Assembly (NCBI GenBank): GCA_963698225.1
Contig: CAVOPW010000014.1
Location: forward strand, 78,033-142,032
Reading direction: 5' to 3'
DNA: 64,000 nucleotides
Origin: an uncultured bacterium
GTDB lineage: Bacteria > Zixibacteria > MSB-5A5 > CAIYYT01
This document shows positions 1 through 9,165 of this stretch, in pieces. Under the pieces are notes generated by a model. The model saw nothing but the letters and a program-made list of their open reading frames with translations, ran no database searches and was not told the DNA's origin. The stretch's first letter is position 1. Every line of letters starts with the position of its first letter. Both the position numbers and the translations under genes were made by a program.

Positions 1-1217
1 ATTTTCTCGATGAGTTCGTTCCCATCATCAAAGACAGTGCTCTTAACGAAGACCCGCTGAGTCCCATCACCAAGGCCTCGAAAAAACAGGCGGCCGAAGC
101 GGGCGACGACCTGGAAATCGCCTGGCTCCCCCGCGCGGAGCGATACCACGAGAAACTGGCAACTCCTGATGTCTCGGTAGCTGACCTGATCGGCGATTTG
201 GATCCGATCAAGGCGGTCAAGGAGCGGCTTGATCTCTCGGATGAAAATGTTATCAACTGGGGCATCATTCCCCGCACGAATCGTGGCATTTTTGCGATCA
301 ATGAACTGCCCGACCTCCAGCCTCGCATCCAGGTTGCCTTGCTGAATATTCTCGAAGAGAACGACTTCCAGATTCGCGGATTTCCGATTCGGCTGCCGCT
401 CGATATGATGTTGGCGTTCACCGCCAACCCGGAAGACTACACCAATCGCGGCAACATCATTACGCCGCTGAAAGACCGTATTGCTTCCCAGATCAATACA
501 CACTATCCGAATGATGCCGAGACTTCCAAGCAGATCACACTGCAAGAGGCCTGGCACGATCGTTCCAATACAGTCACGGTGCCCGAGTTGATTCACGATA
601 TCATCGAACAGATCTCGTTTGAAGCCCGCAAGAGCGAACATGTCGATCAGACTTCCGGCGTATCCGCCCGGCTGACGATCTCGGCGTACGAAAACCTCAT
701 TTCCAACGTTGAACGGCGCGCTGCGCTAAATGATGAGAAGGACTACTTCCCGCGCATATGTGACCTCTATTCCGTAGTTGCCTCGATTGTCGGCAAGGTT
801 GAACTCGTCTACGAAGGCGAACTGGAAGGGCCGAATATTATCGCGATCAACCTGATCGGCGAAGCTACGAAGAAGGTATTCAATCAACACTTCCCGCTGC
901 CGCGCAAGCTCAAAGCCGGAGCTGACCAGCGCCCACAAGAGAATGTCTACGAAGCCGTAACCGATTTTTTCTCAACCGGCAAGCGCTTGGAACTATCCGA
1001 TGAACTTCCCTACAAGGAATACAAGCAATCACTCCTGCAGATTGCGGGACTGAAAGAACTCGCCCGGAAGCACTATCAAACTGACGATGAGCGCGGCGTT
1101 ACACTGGCGATGGAGCTGATTCTCGAAGGATTGCACCGCCACAACTTGATCGCCAAGGAGTCTCCGGATAACAAGTTCATCTATGTGGACATGCTCGAGA
1201 ACATGCTGAAGGACTGA
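1..1217 (+). CDS. AAA+ ATPase, Mg-chelatase ChlI/BchI-like class (5' end cut by window edge)
   Basis: Frame 3 is open from nt 3 to the stop at 1215-1217; the listed ORF only begins at an internal TTG at 198. The AAA+ core region 'RGIFAINELPDLQPRIQVALLNILEE..FQIRGFPIRLPLDMMLAFTANPED' is typical of the ChlI/MoxR class. A vWA partner gene follows after 2 nt. Confidence 0.7.
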   Translation, partial: FLDEFVPIIKDSALNEDPLSPITKASKKQAAEAGDDLEIAWLPRAERYHEKLATPDVSVADLIGDLDPIKAVKERLDLSDENVINWGIIPRTNRGIFAINELPDLQPRIQVALLNILEENDFQIRGFPIRLPLDMMLAFTANPEDYTNRGNIITPLKDRIASQINTHYPNDAETSKQITLQEAWHDRSNTVTVPELIHDIIEQISFEARKSEHVDQTSGVSARLTISAYENLISNVERRAALNDEKDYFPRICDLYSVVASIVGKVELVYEGELEGPNIIAINLIGEATKKVFNQHFPLPRKLKAGADQRPQENVYEAVTDFFSTGKRLELSDELPYKEYKQSLLQIAGLKELARKHYQTDDERGVTLAMELILEGLHRHNLIAKESPDNKFIYVDMLENMLKD

Positions 1218-1219
1218 CG

Positions 1220-2311
1220 GTGCGATTTATCTATTCACAATGGGATGATTCGCTGATCGAGCAGCTGCGCCAAATGCGCGACTTGATGTCGATCTTCAAT
1301 TATCTCCTCTTGCAGGTCAACGGCAACGTCAAGAAGGCGCTCCAGATCATGGAGCAGCTCAAGCGGATGGGATATCTGCCCAAGGATGCCGATCTGGAGG
1401 AGTTCAAGCGGAACTTGGAAGACAATCAAATCATCTCGGTCAATCCGACCGGCACCAATCTGACCCGCAAAGGCGAGCGCAGTCTGCGCAAAGACTCCTT
1501 CGACAAGATCTTTGAACAGCTCAAATCCTCGACCGGCGGCCGACACCCAATTCCACGAGAAGGCGGAAATTCCGAGGAGATTCTCCCCGAGCGGAAGAAA
1601 TACTCCTATGGCGACAACTTGCGCAATATTGACTTCCGCAATTCACTGCTGAACAACATCTCGCGCACCGCTGACCTTGGCCTCAACATGGAAGAGGAAG
1701 ACCTGGAAGTTTACGAAACCGAACAGGCTACCAATTGCTCGACCGTTATGCTGATCGACATTTCCCATTCGATGATTCTCTACGGTGAGGATCGCATCAC
1801 GCCGGCCAAACAGGTGGCGATGGCGTTTACCGAGATGATCTTGACGCGCTTCCCCAAAGACACGCTTAGCATCGTTTTGTTCGGTGATTTCGCCCAGGAG
1901 ATCAAGATCAAGGATCTGCCCTATGTCGGCGTCGGCCCCTATCACACTAATACCAAGGCCGGACTGCAAATGGCACGACAAATCCTGCTTCGCCGGAAAA
2001 GCGCGAACAAGCAGATCTTCATGATTACGGACGGCAAACCTTCTATGATTAACCGCAGCGACGGTACTATCTATAAGAATCCGTTCGGACTCGATCCGGT
2101 AGTCGTGAATCGGACGCTCGATGAGGCAATTATTTGCCGGAAGAAGAAAATTCCGATTACAACCTTCATGATTGCCGAAGACCCCTATTTGCAGCAATTT
2201 GTGCAGAAACTGACGGAACTGAACCACGGCCGCGCCTATTTTGCCTCAGCCCAAAATCTCGGTGAATATGTGTTTTGGGACTTCCTCAAGCATCGCCGCA
2301 AGTCGAACTGA
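1220..2311 (+). CDS. von Willebrand factor type A (vWA) domain protein, partner of the upstream AAA+ ATPase
   Basis: MIDAS-type motif 'VMLIDISHSM' (DxSxS) and a later 'FMITDGKPS'. GTG start lies 2 nt after the upstream stop, so the two genes look like an operon pair. Confidence 0.75.
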   Translation: MRFIYSQWDDSLIEQLRQMRDLMSIFNYLLLQVNGNVKKALQIMEQLKRMGYLPKDADLEEFKRNLEDNQIISVNPTGTNLTRKGERSLRKDSFDKIFEQLKSSTGGRHPIPREGGNSEEILPERKKYSYGDNLRNIDFRNSLLNNISRTADLGLNMEEEDLEVYETEQATNCSTVMLIDISHSMILYGEDRITPAKQVAMAFTEMILTRFPKDTLSIVLFGDFAQEIKIKDLPYVGVGPYHTNTKAGLQMARQILLRRKSANKQIFMITDGKPSMINRSDGTIYKNPFGLDPVVVNRTLDEAIICRKKKIPITTFMIAEDPYLQQFVQKLTELNHGRAYFASAQNLGEYVFWDFLKHRRKSN

Positions 2312-2317
2312 ATTGAG

Positions 2318-4522
2318 TTAGCTGACGGTAATCTTGCCATCGCCGCTGCCGGTGATCTCTCCGACAATTCTGGAATCCGCTACTCCCTTTTGCATCAGCT
2401 CACTTAGCATCGCCTCCGCTTGATCTGATTTGACCGCCATGAGCAGTCCGCCCGATGTCTGCGCATCAGCGAGTACAATTCGCATGACCTTTGATATCGA
2501 GTCGCCCCAGATCACAAACGGCGAGACATAGTCCAGATTGTTCTCACTGCCGCCCGGGACCACACCTGCCGAAGCCAGTGCAACGGCTTCATCGATGAGC
2601 GGCACACTATTGGCATCAATTCGCGCGGTTACGCCGCTACCGACAGTCATTTCCTTGAGATGCCCCAGCAGACCGAAGCCGGTGACGTCGGTGCAGGCCG
2701 AGACATCATAGCGCGACATAACATCGGCCGCCGCCGCATTCAGCGTACTCATGAGCCGGATCACCAGGTCGCGCAACTTGTCGTCCGCCAGCTGACGTTT
2801 GATCGCCGTCGAAATAATCCCGGTTCCGATCGGTTTGGTCAGGATCAACTTGTCGCCAACCCGGGCCGTATTGTTGGCACGGATTTTTGCAGGATGCACC
2901 ACGCCGGTAACGGCGAGACCATACTTCGGTTCGGTGTCATCAATGGTATGCCCCCCGATGATGCTGATTCCGGCCTCGCGGGCCTTGTCCGCGGCTCCCT
3001 GAAGGATACGCTGCAGTACCGACATCGGTAGCCGATTAGAGGGAAAACCGACAATACTCAAGCCAAACAGCGGCTTGCCGCCCATGGCATAGATGTCGCT
3101 CAGCGAATTCGTCGCTGCGATCGCGCCGAAGTGATAAGGGTCATCCACAATTGGCGTGAAGAAATCGACCGTCTGCACAACCGCGATCTCGTCGCTCAAA
3201 CGGTAAACGGCGGCGTCATCTGAAGACTCCGCGCCCACCAGTACATTGACATCATTCGGCCGCGGCAACTGCGCCAGGATCTTCTCGAGCGCCTGCGGAC
3301 GCAACTTGCAGGCACAGCCAAGCCCATGCGTGTACTTGGTGAGACGAATTTCCTCATCATCCTCCGAGACCGCAATTGCTGCTGTGTCCGAGGGCGACAG
3401 GCGGCTGATCGTCTCTTCGATTGCAGAAGCGGCGGCGTCTATTTCTGATTCAGTCGTCATGTAACCGGCAGAGAACCGAATCGTCCCCATGGCATACTCG
3501 ACCGGAACATGCATGGCTTCGAGGACATGCGACATCATGACCTTGTCGGAATGACAAGCCGCGCCCGGCGAGCAGGCGACCTGTTCCAATTCGGAGATTA
3601 TCGTGTTAGCTTCGATTCCCGGAAATGATACCGAAAGTGTATTCGGGAGCCGCTTTTCGCGGTCTCCATTGACCCGGCACAGCGGAAGGCGCGCGGTGAG
3701 TTCTGATTCGAGCCGATCCCGCAGCTTTCGCATCAGCGGCGCTTGCTTTGAGAGCTCGCGCGACACCAGTTCACAAGCCTTGCCAAGCCCGACTATCTCG
3801 AGCACGTTCTCGGTTCCGGCTCGTAGATTTTGCTCATGCGCCGCGCCGTGGATCATCTTCTGCAAGTCGATACCGCGCCGAACATAAAGCGCACCGATGC
3901 CCTTCGGCGCGTAGAGTTTATGCCCGGCAATGGTGATCATGTCCGCGCCGGTCGCAGCGACCGTCACCGGAATCTTTCCGACCGCTTGGGCAGCATCAGT
4001 GTGGACAACAATCCCGTGTTCATGGACAATGGCTGCAATCTCCTTGATCGGCTGGATTGTGCCCACTTCATTGTTCGCCTGCATGATCGACAGCAGAATT
4101 GTGGTCGGCCGGATCGCGCCGCGGACGTCGTCGAGGCTTACCAGACCGACGGAATTTACCGGGAGATAGGTGACTTCGAAGCCCTGCTCCTCCAAGTAGC
4201 GGCAGATCTCCAGCACCGCCGGGTGTTCGATCTGCGAAGTAATAATGTGGTTGCCGCGCGCCCGGTTCTTCAGGGCATAACCCGCAATGGCGAAATTATC
4301 GGACTCGCTGCCGCCGGAGGTGAAGATGATTTCGTCAGGTTTGCAGCCCAGCAATGAAGCCACCTCTGCTCGCGCCGTTTCCACGGCTTTGCGCGTCTGT
4401 ACACCGAACCAGTGCGAACTGGAGGGATTGCCGAAGTGACCGCGCAGGAACGGAATCATGGCCTCGGCGACCTCGGGATGAATCGGCGTCGTGGCGTTGT
4501 AGTCGAGATAGATATGATTCAC
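2318..4522 (-). CDS. selD: Bifunctional NifS-like cysteine desulfurase/selenocysteine lyase fused to selenide,water dikinase (SelD)
   Basis: The N-terminal ~390 aa look like a class-V aminotransferase ('MNHIYLDYNATTPIHPEV', 'TIAGHKLYAPKGIGALYVRRG'). The C-terminal ~340 aa look like SelD ('LTKYTHGLGCACKLRPQALEKIL' Cys/Lys loop, 'GGHTIDD', PurM-like fold motifs). The whole 734-aa ORF is uninterrupted. Confidence 0.85.
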   Translation of the reverse strand: MNHIYLDYNATTPIHPEVAEAMIPFLRGHFGNPSSSHWFGVQTRKAVETARAEVASLLGCKPDEIIFTSGGSESDNFAIAGYALKNRARGNHIITSQIEHPAVLEICRYLEEQGFEVTYLPVNSVGLVSLDDVRGAIRPTTILLSIMQANNEVGTIQPIKEIAAIVHEHGIVVHTDAAQAVGKIPVTVAATGADMITIAGHKLYAPKGIGALYVRRGIDLQKMIHGAAHEQNLRAGTENVLEIVGLGKACELVSRELSKQAPLMRKLRDRLESELTARLPLCRVNGDREKRLPNTLSVSFPGIEANTIISELEQVACSPGAACHSDKVMMSHVLEAMHVPVEYAMGTIRFSAGYMTTESEIDAAASAIEETISRLSPSDTAAIAVSEDDEEIRLTKYTHGLGCACKLRPQALEKILAQLPRPNDVNVLVGAESSDDAAVYRLSDEIAVVQTVDFFTPIVDDPYHFGAIAATNSLSDIYAMGGKPLFGLSIVGFPSNRLPMSVLQRILQGAADKAREAGISIIGGHTIDDTEPKYGLAVTGVVHPAKIRANNTARVGDKLILTKPIGTGIISTAIKRQLADDKLRDLVIRLMSTLNAAAADVMSRYDVSACTDVTGFGLLGHLKEMTVGSGVTARIDANSVPLIDEAVALASAGVVPGGSENNLDYVSPFVIWGDSISKVMRIVLADAQTSGGLLMAVKSDQAEAMLSELMQKGVADSRIVGEITGSGDGKITVS

Positions 4523-4571
4523 TGGCTTCTCCTCAGTTGACTCAATGCGCTTGAGCGTCGGCTGTGCCCGC

Positions 4572-6495
4572 CTACACTTCGGTCAGTACTGGCCGGGCTA
4601 TCCACTGGCGATACCACAATGCCAAGTTGAGCAAATTCCAAATGCGCATTCCCTGATTTTCGCCTCGGCGATGGCGCGCAAAAACGCTCTCGATGTAACC
4701 ACGATTGACGATTTCGCCCAAGAATTCCGACTGCGACATCAGCAACTCATACGCAAATTTATCGACCTTCGGCGAAACCATATTTCTGGCCGAACCACAG
4801 AATCCCACCTTGGGACGATTCAATATCTCGTCCGGAACGATTCCTGTCACGGCTTTTTTCAAGAGATACTTCAAAGTGTTGTCCTTGTAGTGCATCGCGG
4901 ACGGTATCCGCAGTACGTATTCGACCAAGAGATGGTCCAGAAACGGCACCCGGGTTTCAATCGAGTGTGCCATCGCCATCTTATCCACCCGCATCAATAG
5001 CAGCTCCGGCAAACGCTGTTTTAGCTCGAGATAGGTCATGCGCGCGAAGTAGTCACCGCTGCCGTTGAGCGGCCCATAGAGATATTCGATCTGATCGGAC
5101 GTATGGTAGTTGCGGCAAACATCGCGCATGGCGGGCGAGAGCAACTGGTTCTTCTCATATTCGAGAAACGCAATGGCTCCGCCCCAGAAGAGCTCCTCCT
5201 GTCCGCCCAGCCTTCGCAGATGTTCCTTTTCCAGATACCGGCCCATCGATTCCAATAGCCGTCCGGCCATGCGATAACTGGCGCGCCAAAGGGATTTCGG
5301 CAGGGCTTGCAGTTTCTCCCATTTCCCGATTAGCTGCAAAGCGAGCAGGAATTTGGGATATCCGCAAAACAACTCATCCGCACCTTCACCAACTTGAATC
5401 ACCGGCACGCCGTGTTGCCGCGCCAATTGCGAAACATGATAAAGCGGAACGCAGACCGGATCGGCCAGCGGTTCATCCTGCAAATAGCCGAGTTGTTCAA
5501 ACATTGAGATGAAATGCCTGTCGTCGATCTCAACTTCGTGGTGGTCGCAATGGAAATGCTTGGCCATCCGTCGCGCATATTCGAATTCATTGAACTGGTC
5601 CTGCCCGGCGATGCTGACGGAAAACGTTTGCACCGGCCGCTCCATCAGCTCCGACATCAGCGCAACGTTGGTTGTCGAGTCAATTCCGCCCGAAAGGAAC
5701 ACGCCAAACGGCACATCTGAAATCATGTGTGAGCTTCACGGCGTCGCGAAGGTGCGTGAGTATCCCCTGAGAGATGACAGATTCGTCGCTATCCAGCAGC
5801 GGCGCTTCACGAACTGCATCCCACCAGCGATGATAAGTAATCTTGCCGCTGCCGTCGACGCGCATCCAGAAACCGGCCGGCAACTTCTTGACTCCGGCGA
5901 ACATCGTCAGCGGCGCTGGCGCTGCGGCCAGGGTCAAATAGTGATATAAGGCCTCGGGATCGAGTTCAGCCGACACGGCCGGATGCGCAAGAATAGCCTT
6001 AATTTCGGAAGCGAATATCAGCGTGCCATTTTGGATCGTATAGTAAAGCGGCTTGATACCGATGCGGTCGCGTGCCAGAGTCAGCTCGCCCCGCTCTTCA
6101 TCCCAAATCGCCAGGGCAAACATTCCCCGCAACTGCTTGAGCGCATCAATCCCGTATTCGCGATAGAGACGAAGTACCGTCTCCGTATCGGTACGCGAAC
6201 GGAAGTGATGACCTTTCTGCTCAAGAACGCGGCGCAGATCCAAGTGATTATAAATCTCGCCATTGAAGACGATTTGCCGTCTCCCGGACGAATCAGCCAT
6301 CGGTTGACGGCCGAGGGAGCTGAGATCGATAATTGAAAGGCGGCGGTGCGCCAAGCCCAGCTTGCGATCAGGCGAAATGTAATCGCCGGCGTCGTCCGGT
6401 CCGCGATGTACCAGACGGTCGTTCATCAGTCTGAGCTGCTCCGCCTCGACGATCTGATTATTTCTAAAGTGATATATTCCGCAAATTCCGCACAT
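4572..6495 (-). CDS. asnB: Asparagine synthase (glutamine-hydrolysing) family protein, interrupted by a +1 frameshift near 5727-5730
   Basis: ORF 5680..6495 starts 'MCGICGIY' (class-II Gln amidotransferase, Cys2 nucleophile). ORF 4572..5726 starts at 'MISDVPFGVFLSGGIDSTT' (PP-loop of the synthetase domain). The two frames abut at '...AVKLT|H' / 'MISDVP'. Removing one base from 'ctcacac' restores a canonical 'AVKLxMISDVP' junction. Confidence 0.85.
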
Positions 6496-7218
6496 CTAAT
6501 GACTGACCCTTGCCCTCGTTCTAGACTAATCGGTTAATGGCAGATATGCAAACACTACCTGCCCGCAAAATTGAAGCGAGAATCCGGATTGACTCAGCTC
6601 GATACAGCTCGTTATTCCGAAACCGGCAAAATCTGCAGCGATTGAACGACAGTCCGCTCTCTAAACTGGACCGCTATAGTCAATTTGGCCATCGCTCGTT
6701 CAATAATTGTGAAGCAGAAGCAATGCAGAGTCATTCATCGCGCTTGCATTACTTACTACAGCCGGAGGTCTCGCGGTCGCCGGAACAATCATTGGCCCGT
6801 CATCCCTGTCACCGATGCGGGCCGCCCGCCTCCCCGCTCTGCCGCGCTACCGGACGAAACGCGGCCGGCAATGTGACTTTGATTTGCGCAAGCAATCCGC
6901 TCATCAGCTTGTGCTGACGGCGAGCAAGACCAAGGTTACCCATTGAATTGCTTTGAGTTAGACATCGAACGCAAGATCGGTAGAGCTGTCACTCTCAAAG
7001 TAGTTCCCCAAGTCGGGCGGTTATGTGACTACTCGCGACTCGACGACGAAACGGCTGCCGCTCAGCTAACATCCACTCTCCACTAATTGTCTAAGTCGGC
7101 TTGCCTTTTTCAACTTATCCTCGTATATAGGATGACTATATCCGGTTGGTTATTGGCCGGTGACAGTTAAGCGTTTCTTGAGAGACGCGGATTGCATTTT
7201 TGACGCGAGGTGTGAATC

Positions 7219-8094
7219 ATGGATAATCAGGAATATGTGTTGAAGGTCGGCCTGGCAGAGATGCTCAAGGGCGGCGTTATCATGGATGTCACCAATGCCG
7301 AGCAGGCGAAAATTGCCGAGGATGCAGGCGCTGTCGCCGTAATGGCTCTTGAACGCGTTCCCGCCGACATACGGAAGGCAGGCGGCGTTGCACGGATGTC
7401 TCCGGTCGAAAAAATCGAAGAGATTCAGGCGACGGTTCAGATTCCGGTGATGGCCAAATGCCGAATTGGACACTTTGTTGAAGCCGAATTGCTGCAGGAA
7501 CTGAAGGTCGACTACATCGATGAATCGGAAGTTCTCACCCCCGCGGACGAAGAAAACCATATTGACAAGCATCCGTTCAAGATCCCGTTCGTTTGCGGCT
7601 GCCGTAATCTCGGCGAGGCCCTTCGCCGCATCAATGAAGGCGCCGCCATGATTCGCACCAAAGGCGAAGCCGGTTCCGGCAACATCGTCGAAGCTGTTCG
7701 TCACTTGCGCCAGATTTACGGCGAAATACACGCGCTCAAGAAGATGGATAAAGAAAAGCTCAAGAAGATGGCTAAGGAATATCGCGTGCCCGTTGAGTTG
7801 GTCAAGAAGACAGCCGACCTGCAGAATCTTACCGTACCCAACTTCGCGGCCGGCGGAATCGCCACACCGGCCGATGCCGTGCTCTGTATGAAGCTCGGCG
7901 CCCAGGCGGTCTTCGTTGGCTCGGGCATCTTTAAGTCTTCCGATCCAGCCCGACTGGCACGAGCCGTCGTAACTGCAACCACACATTATGACGATCCGGC
8001 GATTGTCCTTCAAGCATCACGGGCTTTGGGTGAAGCGATGCCCGGGCTTGAAATCAGCAAACTTCCCAAGGAAGAACTGCTCCAGTACAGATGA
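7219..8094 (+). CDS. pdxS: Pyridoxal 5'-phosphate synthase, lyase subunit PdxS
   Basis: '[49 protein letters not shown]' is near-invariant PdxS sequence. A pdxT gene overlaps the stop. Confidence 0.95.
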   Translation: MDNQEYVLKVGLAEMLKGGVIMDVTNAEQAKIAEDAGAVAVMALERVPADIRKAGGVARMSPVEKIEEIQATVQIPVMAKCRIGHFVEAELLQELKVDYIDESEVLTPADEENHIDKHPFKIPFVCGCRNLGEALRRINEGAAMIRTKGEAGSGNIVEAVRHLRQIYGEIHALKKMDKEKLKKMAKEYRVPVELVKKTADLQNLTVPNFAAGGIATPADAVLCMKLGAQAVFVGSGIFKSSDPARLARAVVTATTHYDDPAIVLQASRALGEAMPGLEISKLPKEELLQYR

Positions 8095-8672
8095 TCGCCA
8101 AGCCGATTGTGGGAATACTCGCGTTTCAGGGGGACTTCGCCAAACATCAGCTGGCCTTTGCGAAACTCAAATGCGAGACGCGTCTGGTCAAATCGCCTTC
8201 CCAGCTCGAAGCCTGCGACTATCTCGTCATCCCCGGCGGTGAATCATCAGTCATCGATCGCTTTGTCAAATCGACACACTTAGCCGAACCTATCAAGGCT
8301 TTTGCCTCCTCAAAGCCGGTCTGGGGAACTTGCGCCGGTATGATTCTTCTTGCACGTGATGTAGCCAACGACAAGACAGTATCCCCGCTGTCGCTTCTGG
8401 ACATAACTGTCGAACGTAACGGCTACGGTCGTCAGTTTGAATCGTTTATCGCGGTCGGTGAAGTTTCGTTTGGTCCGCAGCCGGAGCAATTGGAGATGAT
8501 CTTCATCCGCGCACCGAAAATTGCCGACATCGGTGCGAACGTAGAAGTCGTGGCCACTTGTCGCAATCAGACGGTGAGCGTCCGACATGGTAACGTGGTT
8601 GCTACTTCGTTCCATCCCGAGTTGACGGCATCGACGCGTTTTCAGCAGTACTTTTTGTCGCTCAAGCAGTAA
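8091..8672 (+). CDS. pdxT: Pyridoxal 5'-phosphate synthase, glutaminase subunit PdxT
   Basis: '[12 protein letters not shown]', '[12 protein letters not shown]' (catalytic Cys) and 'ATSFHPELT' (His/Glu). There is a 4-nt overlap with pdxS. Confidence 0.9.
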   Translation: MIAKPIVGILAFQGDFAKHQLAFAKLKCETRLVKSPSQLEACDYLVIPGGESSVIDRFVKSTHLAEPIKAFASSKPVWGTCAGMILLARDVANDKTVSPLSLLDITVERNGYGRQFESFIAVGEVSFGPQPEQLEMIFIRAPKIADIGANVEVVATCRNQTVSVRHGNVVATSFHPELTASTRFQQYFLSLKQ

Positions 8673-8790
8673 GACCGACCATTCGCCGAAGTTTCGGCCG
8701 TGCGAAGCCGATCAGGCCCGCCTCAAAATTTTCCTTGGATACAACTGTCAATATCGATTGTTTAATAGGGGAACAATGAAGGAGATACAA

Positions 8791-9162
8791 ATGCATCGAA
8801 TAATCATCTTACTCGCGCTCGTCCTATTGCCGCTTTCCCAACTGCTTGCCGGGAGGATATTCGGCGATATCAAGCTGGGCGACAAGCCCGTTGCCGAAGG
8901 CGTCAAAGTCACGATTTCTGCTCCGCTCAAGGCGGCAGAGGCCGGAAAACCGGCTCCGGCACCAGTCGTGGCGGATTCCTCCGCCGCCGATAAATTCGGC
9001 GCTTATCGACTCAATGTCAAGGAAGAGGGCAAGTGTATCTTAACAGTCCACATAGATAAACAGACGCCCACACTTGAGGTCTTCTCCTATGCCAATGCGA
9101 CCCGTTATGATCTCGTTCTGGAGAAGGACAAAGACGGCAAGTACGCCTTGAAGAGGAAATAG
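8791..9162 (+). CDS. Small secreted protein, carboxypeptidase-regulatory-like beta-sandwich (hypothetical)
   Basis: AAGGAG lies 6 nt upstream of the ATG at 8791. Signal peptide 'MHRIIILLALVLLPLSQLLAG'. 'GRIFGDIKLGDKPVAEGVKVTI...GAYRLNV' fits the pattern of CarboxypepD_reg-type domains. Confidence 0.5.
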   Translation: MHRIIILLALVLLPLSQLLAGRIFGDIKLGDKPVAEGVKVTISAPLKAAEAGKPAPAPVVADSSAADKFGAYRLNVKEEGKCILTVHIDKQTPTLEVFSYANATRYDLVLEKDKDGKYALKRK

Positions 9163-9165
9163 TCG

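Noticed and set aside
2318-4522. Possible selenocysteine (in-frame UGA) recoding in SelD or neighbouring genes.
   Set aside because: SelD carries Cys at the active-site loop (GLGCACK). None of the split genes in the window is split at a TGA that would restore the frame, since all are frameshifts.
6537-6917. 126-aa ORF in the spacer.
   Set aside because: Its composition is R/S/P/C-rich and low in complexity. It has no Shine-Dalgarno sequence and no recognisable motif. It is most likely a chance ORF in GC-rich non-coding DNA.
6496-7218. Possible RNase P RNA or tmRNA in the long asnB-pdxS spacer: minus-strand 'GATGAATGACT', and plus-strand '...GCTGCCGCTCAGCTAAC...CTCTCCACTA' that looks vaguely like a tag-ORF plus 3' end.
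   Set aside because: The universally conserved RNase P elements (GAGGAAAGUCCGGGC, ACAGAACCCGGCUUA) are absent. So are the tmRNA elements (5' GGGG...UUCGAC, a T-arm GGUUCGAAUCC and a terminal UCCACCA). The matches are too short to be meaningful.
7150-8013. Long antisense ORFs opposite well-supported genes. Examples: 7150-8013 versus pdxS, 12205-12768 versus gmd, 18718-19488, 25140-25910, 50589-51443 versus CBS, 56260-57135, and 3830-4357.
   Set aside because: They are shadow ORFs on the complementary strand of genes with strong family motifs. Their products are compositionally skewed and carry no motifs.
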